From: a virus
Reading direction: 5' to 3' (one strand)
Virus record (IMG/VR): IMGVR_UViG_3300012936_000001
Span: 103,119 to 167,118 of that record
Length of the DNA: 64,000 nt
Each line of letters starts with the position of its first letter. The stretch's first letter is position 1. The position numbers were made by a program, and so were the translations under genes. Of the stretch, positions 37,374 through 46,829 are shown in pieces. The notes under the pieces are model-generated. The model saw only the letters and a list, made by a program, of their open reading frames with translations, was not told the DNA's origin and did no database searches.

Positions 37374-38981
37374 ATGAGTGAAGATGTCACATCAAAAAAA
37401 ATTCTATTTGAAGAAGATGCAAGGTCAGAGCTTCTAGAAGGGGTTTCTAAATTAGCGCAGGCTGTAAGTACAACCATGGGGCCTGGTGGCCTCAACGTTG
37501 TTATCGAAAGGCCAGGCATGGTTCCTGTTCTAACAAAAGATGGTGTGACTGTAGCCAAAGCTGTCAATCTAAAAAATGAAATGCAAAACCTTGGAGTCCA
37601 ACTAGTAAAAGAAGCAGCACAAGGTTCTGCAGAAATTGCAGGAGATGGAACCACAACAGCGACAGTTTTGGCTCATTCTATTTTTTCTCGAGGGCTCAGA
37701 GCCATCAATGCCGGTCATAACCCTGTACAAGTTCGCAACGGAATAAAGGCTGCGACTGAATGCGTAATTCAGGATCTGGTTGCAAAATCAAAAAAGATCG
37801 AATCGGACAATGAAATTATTGATGTTGGTACTATCTCTGCAAACGGCGAACAAGAAATAGGGGAACTCTTATGCAAGGCAATGAATGCTGTCGGTATGGA
37901 CGGGGTGATTGCAGTAGAAGAAGCGAAGGGTTTCAAGACTAGTCTAACCACAATGGAAGGCCTACGCCTAAACCGGGGGTTCATCTCTCCGTATTTTATC
38001 AATGATTCCGCAAAGGGAGTTTGTGTACTTGAAAAACCGTTGGTTCTTCTGGCAAATAAGACAATACGAAATATCAAAGAGATTCTTCCCATCCTTGAAA
38101 AGGTTCACCAGATGCAAAGATCTCTGTTAATAGTTGCAGAAGAAGTAGAAGGCGAAGCTTTGAATGCTCTAGTTCTTAATAACACAAAGGGAATCCTGAA
38201 ATGTTGTGTTATCAGAGCGCCGGAGTTCGGCCAAGGAAGAATTCAGACAATGGATGATCTTGCTCTTTTGCTTGGGACAGAAGTCATATCTTCTTCTGAT
38301 GAAAATTCAATAGCCGGTTTTGATTGCAGCGCACTCGGAACATGTACGAAAATTACTATTAGCAGAAATGAAACAGTGGTTATCGGATCTAATTGTGATG
38401 CCAAAGATCTAAGAGATAGAGCACGAGAACTACGAGAATACATCGAAAGCTCAATATTGTCACCAGACGAGGAGTCTGTTCAAAGAAGAAGGCTAGCCAG
38501 ATTGTCTGGTGGTGTAGCCATATTACGGGTTGGAGGATCAACCGAGGCAGAACTTCGCGAAAGAAAAGACCGAGTGGAAGATGCGTTGCATGCAACTCGG
38601 GCTGCAGTATCTTCTGGTATCTTGCCAGGCGGTGGAACTGCTTTGCTACGATCAGCCGAGAGATATAGAAACACGAAACACTCAGGAAAAGATGCAACAG
38701 CCGACTGGAAGATTGGCTTCAATATCGTGATTGACGCATGTAAAGACCCTATATACAAATTAACAAAGAACGCTGGACAAGTACCGGAACTTATAATCGC
38801 AAAGACTCTTGAACTCAAGGCTTCAATGGGCTTCGACGCAAGGAAAGAAGAGTGGGTTAACCTTATAGACGCAGGAATAATAGACCCAACATTGGTCGTA
38901 ACGTCAGCTTTACGACACGCTACTTCTGCAGCAGATAATCTCCTATCTGTTGCTTGTGCAATGACTATTGAAAAAAATTAA
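37374..38981 (+). CDS. groEL: Chaperonin GroEL
   Basis: TMGPGG, TKDGVTVA, GDGTTTATVLA, GILPGGG, AGIIDP. Confidence 0.96.
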   Translation: MSEDVTSKKILFEEDARSELLEGVSKLAQAVSTTMGPGGLNVVIERPGMVPVLTKDGVTVAKAVNLKNEMQNLGVQLVKEAAQGSAEIAGDGTTTATVLAHSIFSRGLRAINAGHNPVQVRNGIKAATECVIQDLVAKSKKIESDNEIIDVGTISANGEQEIGELLCKAMNAVGMDGVIAVEEAKGFKTSLTTMEGLRLNRGFISPYFINDSAKGVCVLEKPLVLLANKTIRNIKEILPILEKVHQMQRSLLIVAEEVEGEALNALVLNNTKGILKCCVIRAPEFGQGRIQTMDDLALLLGTEVISSSDENSIAGFDCSALGTCTKITISRNETVVIGSNCDAKDLRDRARELREYIESSILSPDEESVQRRRLARLSGGVAILRVGGSTEAELRERKDRVEDALHATRAAVSSGILPGGGTALLRSAERYRNTKHSGKDATADWKIGFNIVIDACKDPIYKLTKNAGQVPELIIAKTLELKASMGFDARKEEWVNLIDAGIIDPTLVVTSALRHATSAADNLLSVACAMTIEKN

Positions 38982-38998
38982 TTTTTTTTGAAAAAACT

Positions 38999-39027
38999 GT
39001 GTACTCCGATTAAAATGTGATTAAATT
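38999..39027 (+). promoter_or_regulatory. Early-type promoter GTGTAC-N17-TAAATT
   Basis: Exact spacing, upstream of the sigma gene. Confidence 0.55.
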
Positions 39028-39058
39028 ACTTAAGCAAAGTCATTCAATCGGAGGGAAC

Positions 39059-39805
39059 ATGAACGATTCTGTCAAAGCGTATACAAAATCTGCTACGCGT
39101 CACAAATTATTAACCAAAGAGCAAGAGCAAGACCTTGCACGACGAATGTCAAATGGGTGTGTTAAGTCTCGAGATAAGCTTATATCATCTAATCTCAGGC
39201 TCGCTTTGTCGGTTGCGAATAAGTACCGAGGTTCAAAAGTCTCTATGGAAGACCTGATCCAAGAAGCCAACGTAGGTCTTATACGGGCTGTCGATCGGTT
39301 CGACCATAAGAAAGGATTCCGATTCTCAACGTATGCAATCTGGTGGATTCGACAAGCGGTAAAAAGATTTATTGCTTCACAGTCGCATGTTAAGTTTCCT
39401 ACAGGTTCTCGTCATACTATCTGGAAGATCAATAACGCCCGCAAAGAATACGAGCTCGAGTTCGGAGTGATGCCTTCAGATGGAGAGGTAGCTGAAATTC
39501 TTGGGCTAGATGCAAAACTCGTATCTGATCTTCGGTTCGGAATGCAATGGCCTGTTGATATCGATAAACCCATGGGAGATGAATCTGGCGCGAGAACCTT
39601 TGGAGACACATTGGTCGACGAAAATGCAGTCAACATCGAAGAAGAACTTGATAATCAAAAGTTACTTCAGATTATTCGAAATGCTTTTGCATCGTTGAAG
39701 CCCCAAGAGGAAAAAGTGCTGCGACTAAGATTTGGAATAAGCGAACACGAAGAGGATTTATCAATAACAAAAAAAGAATACAACAAAATCAAGGAGGGCA
39801 AATAA
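39059..39805 (+). CDS. Sigma70-family RNA polymerase sigma factor lacking region 4.2
   Basis: LLTKEQE, SNLRL, DLIQEANVGL, GFRFSTYAIWWIRQA; ends shortly after VLRLRFGI. Confidence 0.9.
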   Translation: MNDSVKAYTKSATRHKLLTKEQEQDLARRMSNGCVKSRDKLISSNLRLALSVANKYRGSKVSMEDLIQEANVGLIRAVDRFDHKKGFRFSTYAIWWIRQAVKRFIASQSHVKFPTGSRHTIWKINNARKEYELEFGVMPSDGEVAEILGLDAKLVSDLRFGMQWPVDIDKPMGDESGARTFGDTLVDENAVNIEEELDNQKLLQIIRNAFASLKPQEEKVLRLRFGISEHEEDLSITKKEYNKIKEGK

Positions 39806-39806
39806 T

Positions 39807-40064
39807 ATGCCAATGCCAAAAGGAAAAAAACATACACATGGATATGCAACTGTCTCCGGAGTAGGAAAGGGCTTTCGGGAGATTGCCGAGCAGATGACAA
39901 GTGAAGGAAAAAAGATGAATCATGCGACAGCAAGAAATTATTTTTTGCGAGCAATGGAGAAATTAGCTAAGCCACTGTCCGAATATTCTGGCCGATCAGC
40001 AAATGATATTGCTTCAGACGTAAGATTTCAAACAGCAGTAGCAGACCTTTTGAGAAATAAATAA
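39807..40064 (+). CDS. Sigma region-4.2-like helix-turn-helix protein
   Basis: GFREIAEQM...HATARNYFLRAMEKL; has its own strong SD. Confidence 0.65.
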   Translation: MPMPKGKKHTHGYATVSGVGKGFREIAEQMTSEGKKMNHATARNYFLRAMEKLAKPLSEYSGRSANDIASDVRFQTAVADLLRNK

Positions 40065-40351
40065 TGAACGTCTTTGGCCTTATCAAGAACGACCTAATGT
40101 CTTTGTCAATACAGACTGAATTACTAGAACTTTTAGACTGGAACGAAGAGGCATTAGAGGTATTTGTCCTACATGTATCGCAAATTATTAATGGTCTCAT
40201 GATTGTACAAGATAATTATAATTTACAGCTTGATAGCATTAGGAGAAAAATCTCTGACATGTCTGACGATAAGGCTGCAGATTTAGTAATAAAACTTATT
40301 CGAAATCATGAAGAGGAAATAATAAACTTTGAAAAGGAGAAATCAAATTGA
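40064..40351 (+). CDS. Hypothetical protein
   Basis: TAATG coupling. Confidence 0.6.
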   Translation: MNVFGLIKNDLMSLSIQTELLELLDWNEEALEVFVLHVSQIINGLMIVQDNYNLQLDSIRRKISDMSDDKAADLVIKLIRNHEEEIINFEKEKSN

Positions 40352-40608
40352 GTAAGAAAATTGAATGGGTGTACTTTTCCAAAAGAAGAAACATAGACTT
40401 GGTAGAACTTATAAAAAAAGGACAGTGCCAGTCTTATGAAGAATTATGTAAAATTTGTGAAGTGTATCAAGTAATACCTCCTACGATTAGCGAGTGGCAA
40501 ATATGTGAATCACAAGCTTTACCAAAACCAAAGGTTGTCCCTTCCAAGAAGCCCGAGACAAAAAAACCTACAAAAAGGACGACAAGGGCCAGGAAAGCAA
40601 AATCATGA
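40348..40608 (+). CDS. Hypothetical protein with a basic tail
   Basis: TTG start after an SD. Confidence 0.6.
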   Translation: MSKKIEWVYFSKRRNIDLVELIKKGQCQSYEELCKICEVYQVIPPTISEWQICESQALPKPKVVPSKKPETKKPTKRTTRARKAKS

Positions 40609-40766
40609 GACAAATTTTAATTCCAATACTTTATGCGTTCTGCATAATAAACTGCATCAATATGGGAATCTGTATTGGCATCGGGAATTATTCGAGTGCT
40701 TTGTTTGCTTTTGGGTGTTTTGCACTGTGCGGGTACGGCATTTGGTCAGACAAAAAAAGAGGATAA
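40605..40766 (+). CDS. Small membrane protein (not in the ORF track)
   Basis: MRQILIPILYAFCIINC.. hydrophobic, 53 aa, fills a gap. Confidence 0.45.
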   Translation: MRQILIPILYAFCIINCINMGICIGIGNYSSALFAFGCFALCGYGIWSDKKRG

Positions 40767-40767
40767 T

Positions 40768-41310
40768 ATGTACAGAAAGATTATACAGTTTCCAAATAAA
40801 AGACTGCGTACGAAAACTAAAAAGGTGGAGAATTTTGAATCCATTCAAAATATCGTAAAAGACATGGTCGATACATGTAATGTTGAAATGGCTGTAGGGC
40901 TCGCCGCGAATCAAATAGGGTATGATAGGTCAATTGTCGTTATAGACATAGCCAAATCTGGAGCACAACAAACTATCCAAGGTTGTGAAATAAACCCTAA
41001 TTTTTTGGTAATCTGTAATCCAAAATTATCTGTAGATGGCGAAGACCGGGCATGGCAGGAAGAATGTTTGTCGTTATCAGGTGTTCAGGGAAAAGTAACC
41101 CGGAAGTCGAATGCAAAAATAAAATATCAGAATGAAAACGGAGAACATAAAGAACTCGAGGCCAAGTGGCCATTCTCCGGAGTGTTACAGCACGAGTGCG
41201 ATCATTTAGAAGGTATCACCTTTAATTTTAGAATGAGAAAATATGCTGCACAAAGAATGATAAATAAATTATACAAATCTAGAAAATTGAATTCAAGGGG
41301 GAAAAAATGA
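40768..41310 (+). CDS. def: Peptide deformylase
   Basis: GLAANQIG, EECLS, QHECDHLEG. Confidence 0.92.
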   Translation: MYRKIIQFPNKRLRTKTKKVENFESIQNIVKDMVDTCNVEMAVGLAANQIGYDRSIVVIDIAKSGAQQTIQGCEINPNFLVICNPKLSVDGEDRAWQEECLSLSGVQGKVTRKSNAKIKYQNENGEHKELEAKWPFSGVLQHECDHLEGITFNFRMRKYAAQRMINKLYKSRKLNSRGKK

Positions 41311-41591
41311 AATCAGCTCTAGACATCGGGCCTTTTGGACGAGCTCGTAAAATAATTCATGGTACTGCGCAAAATATGGCTAGAGGGTTCGAGTTTCAGA
41401 ACCTTATAAAAAAACTAGAGGAAGCAAACGAGCTCATGGAAAAGTGCGAAAGTGAGATGGAGAAAAAATTAACACAGTTAGTTATAGATCAGTTAGAAGA
41501 AAGGATTAACCAAATGATAATTCCACCGGACATGGCAAATGAATTCAGAAACAAAAAACAGGATGATAAAATACCTGGAAAGGCATTATGA
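41307..41591 (+). CDS. Hypothetical protein
   Basis: ATGA overlap. Confidence 0.55.
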   Translation: MKSALDIGPFGRARKIIHGTAQNMARGFEFQNLIKKLEEANELMEKCESEMEKKLTQLVIDQLEERINQMIIPPDMANEFRNKKQDDKIPGKAL

Positions 41592-41778
41592 AAATATGTC
41601 GACGAAAGAGCAGACAGAATGCCTGAATAGAATACTACAAAGAATATTAGGATCCAAGGGCAATTTTTTTGAAGAAGATCAACTGTTAGAAATGGTTGAA
41701 GAACTGAAAAAGGAGAAATGGACAATAGCCTCAATTCTTGCGCACATGGACCTGATAGACTATGAGGATAGAACATGA
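41563..41778 (+). CDS. Hypothetical protein
   Basis: Packed ORF; start uncertain. Confidence 0.5.
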   Translation: MIKYLERHYENMSTKEQTECLNRILQRILGSKGNFFEEDQLLEMVEELKKEKWTIASILAHMDLIDYEDRT

Positions 41779-42014
41779 GCAACGTTATATATCTAGAAAA
41801 ATACATAAAAAAAGAAGAAGAAAAAGAAGACGCTTTGGATAACTACATCGACGTTCTATCACTCTCTACAGACGAAATACTTGCCACTTTAGTTTGCCGG
41901 TTGAGAGGTGAGATTTTCAATGGACATCTTAAGACCGAGAATCTTATCTTGGAAGCAAAGGCAAGAATAAAAATGTTAGATTCTGTGTGCAATACAATAG
42001 AAAAATCCCAGTAG
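41775..42014 (+). CDS. Hypothetical protein
   Basis: ATGA overlap, SD present. Confidence 0.55.
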   Translation: MSNVIYLEKYIKKEEEKEDALDNYIDVLSLSTDEILATLVCRLRGEIFNGHLKTENLILEAKARIKMLDSVCNTIEKSQ

Positions 42015-42067
42015 ATTATTAGGAGGCAAGTACTTATTAAATAAGGGGCTTTTTTGGGAGAGAGGAA

Positions 42068-42589
42068 ATGATCTTATCGATATCATTGCAGATTTTAATT
42101 GCTTGGTTGTATGGTCATTTTCTCGAATATTTTTTACATATAGCCATGCACGATTACAAAAGATTCCCGTATCTTTTCAAGCATCATTTCGGTGGGCATC
42201 ACAAGATAGCAAAACACAACTCCATGAGAGACAACAGTTATGATGAAGTCTTTGATCGATCAAGCTTGTTCGAGATAGCCAGCATATCAATAGGTTTGTT
42301 GCTACACGCACCAATCGCTTTTTGGTTTCCTTTTGCTTACGCTACTCTGGTGATAAACTTAGCCACCTATTATTGGCTTCATAGAAAGTCGCACATTGAT
42401 ATAGAGTGGGCAAAAAAACATCTTCCATGGCACTATGATCATCACATGAACCCAAACCAACATGCGAATTGGGGGGTTAGACTTCCCATCATTGATCACA
42501 TGTTTGGAACGAGGGTGGAGAAAAAATTAACCAGAAAAGAGATAAGAGAAAAAATAAAAGAAATCAGCAAGAACCGGTGTAATGACTGA
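42068..42589 (+). CDS. Fatty acid hydroxylase/sterol desaturase superfamily membrane protein
   Basis: His boxes HIAMH, HFGGHH, HRKSH, HYDHH, then NWG..DHMFGT. Confidence 0.8.
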   Translation: MILSISLQILIAWLYGHFLEYFLHIAMHDYKRFPYLFKHHFGGHHKIAKHNSMRDNSYDEVFDRSSLFEIASISIGLLLHAPIAFWFPFAYATLVINLATYYWLHRKSHIDIEWAKKHLPWHYDHHMNPNQHANWGVRLPIIDHMFGTRVEKKLTRKEIREKIKEISKNRCND

Positions 42590-42605
42590 TTGTGTAAGCT
42601 ATATT
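42577..42605 (+). promoter_or_regulatory. Early-type promoter GTGTAA-N17-TATATT
   Basis: Exact spacing, upstream of uvsE. Confidence 0.6.
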
Positions 42606-42634
42606 AATAGAGTAACAACAATCACGGAGTAAAA

Positions 42635-43552
42635 GTGCGACAAGAAAATCTCAATCTCGGTTACGCATGTATCAACATGCACCTCGCAGAGTCAGAAAAG
42701 ATATCACCTGCTAAAACGTGCCGCAAGGCTACAATGAAAGAAAAAGGACTGCCTCATCTCGAGTTCCTCTTCGAACAAAATATTCGTAACCTGCATCGTA
42801 TTCTACAATGGAACAGCAAAAATGGATTCACGCTGTATCGCATGTCTTCTGACATGTCGCCGTGGTGCTCTGAGTACAACCTAGAAGACTTGCCAAATTG
42901 GTCAAAGCTCAAGGGTCTACTACGAGAAGCTGGCAACTTTGCCAAAGAAACCGGCCAACGTCTGTCTTTTCATCCAGGCGCTTTCACTGTCCTGGCCGGC
43001 AAAAATCAAGCCACACTCAAAAAGTCTTTGCATGAACTAGAAATTCACGGACAAATTATGGACGCACTTGGCATGCCTCGTTCGCGCTATGCGAAGATCA
43101 ACATTCATCTCGGCGGAGCGTACGGCGATAAAGATTCTGCAATCGCAAGATTTATCGACAACTACAAAAAGCTTTCTCCTGCCGTGACAACACGACTCAC
43201 GCTCGAGAACGACGACCGGCTCAACCTGTATTCCACCAAAGAATTGTTCGAAAAAGTGTGGCCACATACGCAGATCCCCATCGTCTTTGACTATCATCAC
43301 CACGACATTCATCCAGATGGCCTTTCCCGCGAGGAGGCACTGCGTCTGGCTGTCTCCACATGGGGAGATGTAAAACCAACCACTCACTATTCCGAGACAG
43401 CGCAGAAAGAAAACCCAAAAGCCCTGTTGCGCCAACACAGCAAAATGGTCGAAAATTACATCGACACATATGGTATCGACATCGACTGTGTCATCGAGGC
43501 CAAGCACAAAGAGCTGGCATGTCAAGAGTACCTCCGCCTTTGGGGAAAGTAA
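42635..43552 (+). CDS. uvsE: UV damage endonuclease
   Basis: LGYACIN, YRMSSD, RLSFHPG, LTLENDD, FDYHHH, IEAKHKE. Confidence 0.93.
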   Translation: MRQENLNLGYACINMHLAESEKISPAKTCRKATMKEKGLPHLEFLFEQNIRNLHRILQWNSKNGFTLYRMSSDMSPWCSEYNLEDLPNWSKLKGLLREAGNFAKETGQRLSFHPGAFTVLAGKNQATLKKSLHELEIHGQIMDALGMPRSRYAKINIHLGGAYGDKDSAIARFIDNYKKLSPAVTTRLTLENDDRLNLYSTKELFEKVWPHTQIPIVFDYHHHDIHPDGLSREEALRLAVSTWGDVKPTTHYSETAQKENPKALLRQHSKMVENYIDTYGIDIDCVIEAKHKELACQEYLRLWGK

Positions 43553-43929
43553 TGTCGAAGATAAACAACCTTGAGTTCATCGCTTCATACTTGTTTCTTT
43601 TTCCCGGGGTTGCTGCCTCTGAAATTCGAAGAGCTCTTTACGTCTGGAAAGAAGGGCAGATCGATGACGGCTTCGATGACAAGCTTACATATGCCGTGTA
43701 TTTCAACAAGATAAAAAATAGAAAAGGATACGTCGACAGATTATGGTCTTCTCCGAAGAGAACCAGGTGGATTCTTCAGCCTGACGGAATAAAGAAAGTT
43801 AGGCCTGAAATATTCGAAGATATTAAAAATATAAATTCTTGTGTAGCCAAGAAGAATTCAAGTTATTTTAATATAGTGAGAACAACAAAGGAGGAAGCTA
43901 ATCATGTTGAAGCCAAAGCAACTTATTGA
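43552..43929 (+). CDS. Hypothetical protein
   Basis: TAATG coupling with uvsE. Confidence 0.55.
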   Translation: MSKINNLEFIASYLFLFPGVAASEIRRALYVWKEGQIDDGFDDKLTYAVYFNKIKNRKGYVDRLWSSPKRTRWILQPDGIKKVRPEIFEDIKNINSCVAKKNSSYFNIVRTTKEEANHVEAKATY

Positions 43930-44722
43930 AAATTGTCATAGAATGATAAGAGAAATGGACGCAGATAAGAATTTGCGTGATACAAATGGTTGGAACTATG
44001 ATTTCATGAAGTCCATGATAGAACGATACAAAAAGGGAATGAAGATAACACATCCCATGCGAAAGATCATAATGGACAAAATAGAAAACGGTCTTAAACC
44101 TCCCGTATCGGAAGAACTTACGTCGAAGTATGACAAAGAGAAACATCTCGCCGAATATCTTTCCTCAGAACAAGCGAGAATCTTTGAAGATATCTGGAAG
44201 CAGAAAAAGAAGTATTCAAAGATATCAAAAAAACAAGAAGACTTTTTGGCCTCTTTGAAAAATGAGGCAAAGAAAAACATGAAAGAAGGCCGGTGGGAAC
44301 CAACAGAAAAAGAAATTTTAGAAATAAAGCTGGCACTTGATGTCGCCAGATGTTATAGCACAACTTTTTGGCAAACTCATGGCCGTTCAAATTCTAGGTA
44401 CGAAGCTTGTGCAGCGTTCTATGAACGTGTTGCCGAGGGAGTAAAGGACCGTCGATGGTATTCAAAAGACGATTTCAGAAAGTTCTGTGATGTTATTCGT
44501 ACGAAATTAAATATGATACAAAATCCAAAGCATAAACCATCAGATTTTAGATACGCGGCTTCGGCAATGACGAAATATGTCACAGTTCCCGGAATAATAG
44601 TCTCTGAACCTTATGTTCGACACAGCGGCCACTTTTCATCTATAGTTCAAGAGCTTCTTATAGATGGAAAAGTTATGATTCTACCGGTTGATAATATCAA
44701 GAAAAGAAAGCCGAGAAATTAA
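43904..44722 (+). CDS. Hypothetical protein
   Basis: Strong SD; promoter GTGTAG-N17-TATTTT at 43841-43869. Confidence 0.75.
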   Translation: MLKPKQLIENCHRMIREMDADKNLRDTNGWNYDFMKSMIERYKKGMKITHPMRKIIMDKIENGLKPPVSEELTSKYDKEKHLAEYLSSEQARIFEDIWKQKKKYSKISKKQEDFLASLKNEAKKNMKEGRWEPTEKEILEIKLALDVARCYSTTFWQTHGRSNSRYEACAAFYERVAEGVKDRRWYSKDDFRKFCDVIRTKLNMIQNPKHKPSDFRYAASAMTKYVTVPGIIVSEPYVRHSGHFSSIVQELLIDGKVMILPVDNIKKRKPRN

Positions 44723-44725
44723 TAT

Positions 44726-44911
44726 ATGCAAGGAAAGAGGGTGATCGTGTTTGTTACTAATTCTTCTTGTTCTCATATGTCGCTAGGTTACGACGTGGTA
44801 TACGGAACATGCGTTGAAGAAAAAGAAGATACGTATATCATTCTTTTGGATGGTGGAGACATAGTAGAAAGATCAAAAGAATTCGTGGAGGAATGGGATG
44901 AGTGGGAGTAA
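44726..44911 (+). CDS. Small hypothetical protein
   Basis: Packed ORF. Confidence 0.5.
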   Translation: MQGKRVIVFVTNSSCSHMSLGYDVVYGTCVEEKEDTYIILLDGGDIVERSKEFVEEWDEWE

Positions 44912-45359
44912 CCAAAGGGTTCCGATGTGGCAACCGCCAATGATAAACAAGTGGGATAAACCGCTGGTTCAGGAAAGGTATTTTCCAGACAGGTGGAAGA
45001 TGCTTGTATGTTGTCTGATGTTGAATCTTACGTCATACAAACAAGTCTTACCAATTGTCGATGGCTTTTTTGAACGTTGGCCCGATGCTCAAAAGGCATC
45101 AGAAGCAGAAGAAGCAGAAATGAAGGAATACATAAGGTCTTTGGGAATGTACAATAAACGTGCAAAAACAATTATAAGAATGTCAAAAGAGTTTCTAAGT
45201 GGATTCTCTCAGCCAAAAGACTTATATGGATGTGGAAAATACGCTAGTGATTTTGATGCAATCTTTTGGGACGGACAATGGGAGAACGTTAAGCCAACCG
45301 ACGGAGCCCTGTTGAGATATAAGAAGTTTCTCTCTGCATATTACAAAAGAACAACATAA
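44898..45359 (+). CDS. MBD4-like HhH DNA glycosylase
   Basis: WKMLVCCLMLNLTS..FFERWP..LGMYNKRAKTI..LYGCGKYASD..PTD..L.RY. Confidence 0.82.
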   Translation: MSGSNQRVPMWQPPMINKWDKPLVQERYFPDRWKMLVCCLMLNLTSYKQVLPIVDGFFERWPDAQKASEAEEAEMKEYIRSLGMYNKRAKTIIRMSKEFLSGFSQPKDLYGCGKYASDFDAIFWDGQWENVKPTDGALLRYKKFLSAYYKRTT

Positions 45360-45387
45360 TTAAATACAAGACCTAGTAGGAGCAATC

Positions 45388-45852
45388 ATGGATAAAAGAA
45401 AAATTAAATCTATCATTAAGGAATCAATCAGAACCGTTCTCAAAGAGTCAAACCAGCAGTTGCCTTGGTTTATATCTGAATTTATTGAAGACTTTTCAGT
45501 TTATTTTGACGCCACAGAGGTGCGAGATCCCAAAAATATAAAACGGTTCAAAGTGCAATTCATAGGAGGCAAAAGATATAACGGATATAAATTTACCAAA
45601 ATACGAGTTCTTTTTACCGGTGGAGTGTCAACCTGGGCAGAAGACCTTAATCCTCATGAAGCATATCAAATGGTATATTCGTTGCCGGCTAGACGTATAC
45701 TACCTTCAAAACAATCTACAAGCGATAAAAACATACGATTGTCTTATGACCTTCTTGAAAAATATACAGAACAATGCAATGCGCTTGGAATTGAAGTAAT
45801 TCCATCGTGGGATAGAAAATATAGCCGAGCTCCATTCGCAGTACATTACTAG
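45388..45852 (+). CDS. Tagged hypothetical protein (MDKRKIKSIIKESIRTVLKE)
   Basis: Variant leader; ATAATTA upstream. Confidence 0.75.
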   Translation: MDKRKIKSIIKESIRTVLKESNQQLPWFISEFIEDFSVYFDATEVRDPKNIKRFKVQFIGGKRYNGYKFTKIRVLFTGGVSTWAEDLNPHEAYQMVYSLPARRILPSKQSTSDKNIRLSYDLLEKYTEQCNALGIEVIPSWDRKYSRAPFAVHY

Positions 45853-45856
45853 ATCA

Positions 45857-46054
45857 TTGATTAGAGTCGGAAAACTAGTTTTATACAGATCGGTTGGTTT
45901 TAAGCACGAGCCAGCTCTAGTAATCAGAGGGCCTTTTGAACACGAGTTTCAATATGAGTACAAGCCGGTAGTAGAGATTCTTCTGTGTTTTGATTTGTAC
46001 AAAGACGGTAAAATAATTTATAACGTTCCAAAAAAATATTTACGTACATTTTGA
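45857..46054 (+). CDS. Small hypothetical protein
   Basis: ORF fills a gap. Confidence 0.45.
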   Translation: MIRVGKLVLYRSVGFKHEPALVIRGPFEHEFQYEYKPVVEILLCFDLYKDGKIIYNVPKKYLRTF

Positions 46055-46070
46055 ATATAACGTGTATAAT
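46042..46070 (+). promoter_or_regulatory. Early-type promoter ACGTAC-N17-TATAAT
   Basis: Exact spacing. Confidence 0.65.
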
Positions 46071-46093
46071 AATATTGAATCAACGGAGGATAG

Positions 46094-46555
46094 ATGAAAG
46101 ATCTCTATCAAACTTTAGAGGTGTCTGAGAAAGCGAACGTCGACCAGATAAAATCTTCCTACAGAAGGCTGGCGAAAAAGTATCATCCGGACTTATCAAA
46201 CCTCGAGGATGCAGAAACACGTTTCAAGGAGGTGAGCATCGCATACAACGTGTTATCTTGCCCTAAAGCGAGAGCAGAATATGATGCACACAGGCTCTCC
46301 GGATCTCTATCTTCTGTTGGTTCTCAATATGATCTTATAAAGAAGTGCAAATCTTGCAATGGACTAGGGCATAAGAAATCAGTGTGTTTTATGTGTGGAG
46401 GCCAAGGGGACTTTTGGAAAAAAGTAAAATATGGGCCGTCTATAGTACCGTCTAGAATAATCTGCACCTCTTGCAAAGGATACGGTTCTACAAATTCTGT
46501 GTGCAAAGAGTGCGACGGAGTAGGAACAAAAATTTATACAAGGGGAAAAAAATGA
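46094..46555 (+). CDS. Short DnaJ-like protein (J domain plus CxxCxGxG zinc finger)
   Basis: DLYQTLEV..YHPD; four CxxCxGxG repeats; no C-terminal domain. Confidence 0.88.
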   Translation: MKDLYQTLEVSEKANVDQIKSSYRRLAKKYHPDLSNLEDAETRFKEVSIAYNVLSCPKARAEYDAHRLSGSLSSVGSQYDLIKKCKSCNGLGHKKSVCFMCGGQGDFWKKVKYGPSIVPSRIICTSCKGYGSTNSVCKECDGVGTKIYTRGKK

Positions 46556-46821
46556 ATCAATCTTTATTGGAAGCGTGCGCCCGGGCTGTATTCGAGCTTG
46601 TGGCAAAAGATAATCAAAAAATGACATGGACTGAATTTGTAGGTATTATTCAGAATATGAACTCCGGGGTTTTTGGAAAGTTTCATAATCTGTCAACAAA
46701 AAAATCAGAAATACAAAAACAGTTAAGAGAGTACGTGGATTCTTGCACTCAAGAACAAGATAATACTGTGTGTGATGTGTGCGAATGTACGCCATGTGAC
46801 TGCCATTGGGGAATAATATAG
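46552..46821 (+). CDS. Hypothetical protein with a Cys-rich tail
   Basis: CDVCECTPCDCHWG. Confidence 0.55.
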   Translation: MNQSLLEACARAVFELVAKDNQKMTWTEFVGIIQNMNSGVFGKFHNLSTKKSEIQKQLREYVDSCTQEQDNTVCDVCECTPCDCHWGII

Positions 46822-46829
46822 GAGAAAAA

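Noticed and set aside
39790-39815. Frameshifted sigma pseudogene
   Set aside because: The second ORF has its own strong SD and ATG, and both parts carry extra non-sigma residues at the junction, which favours two genes. Read-level confirmation is still needed.
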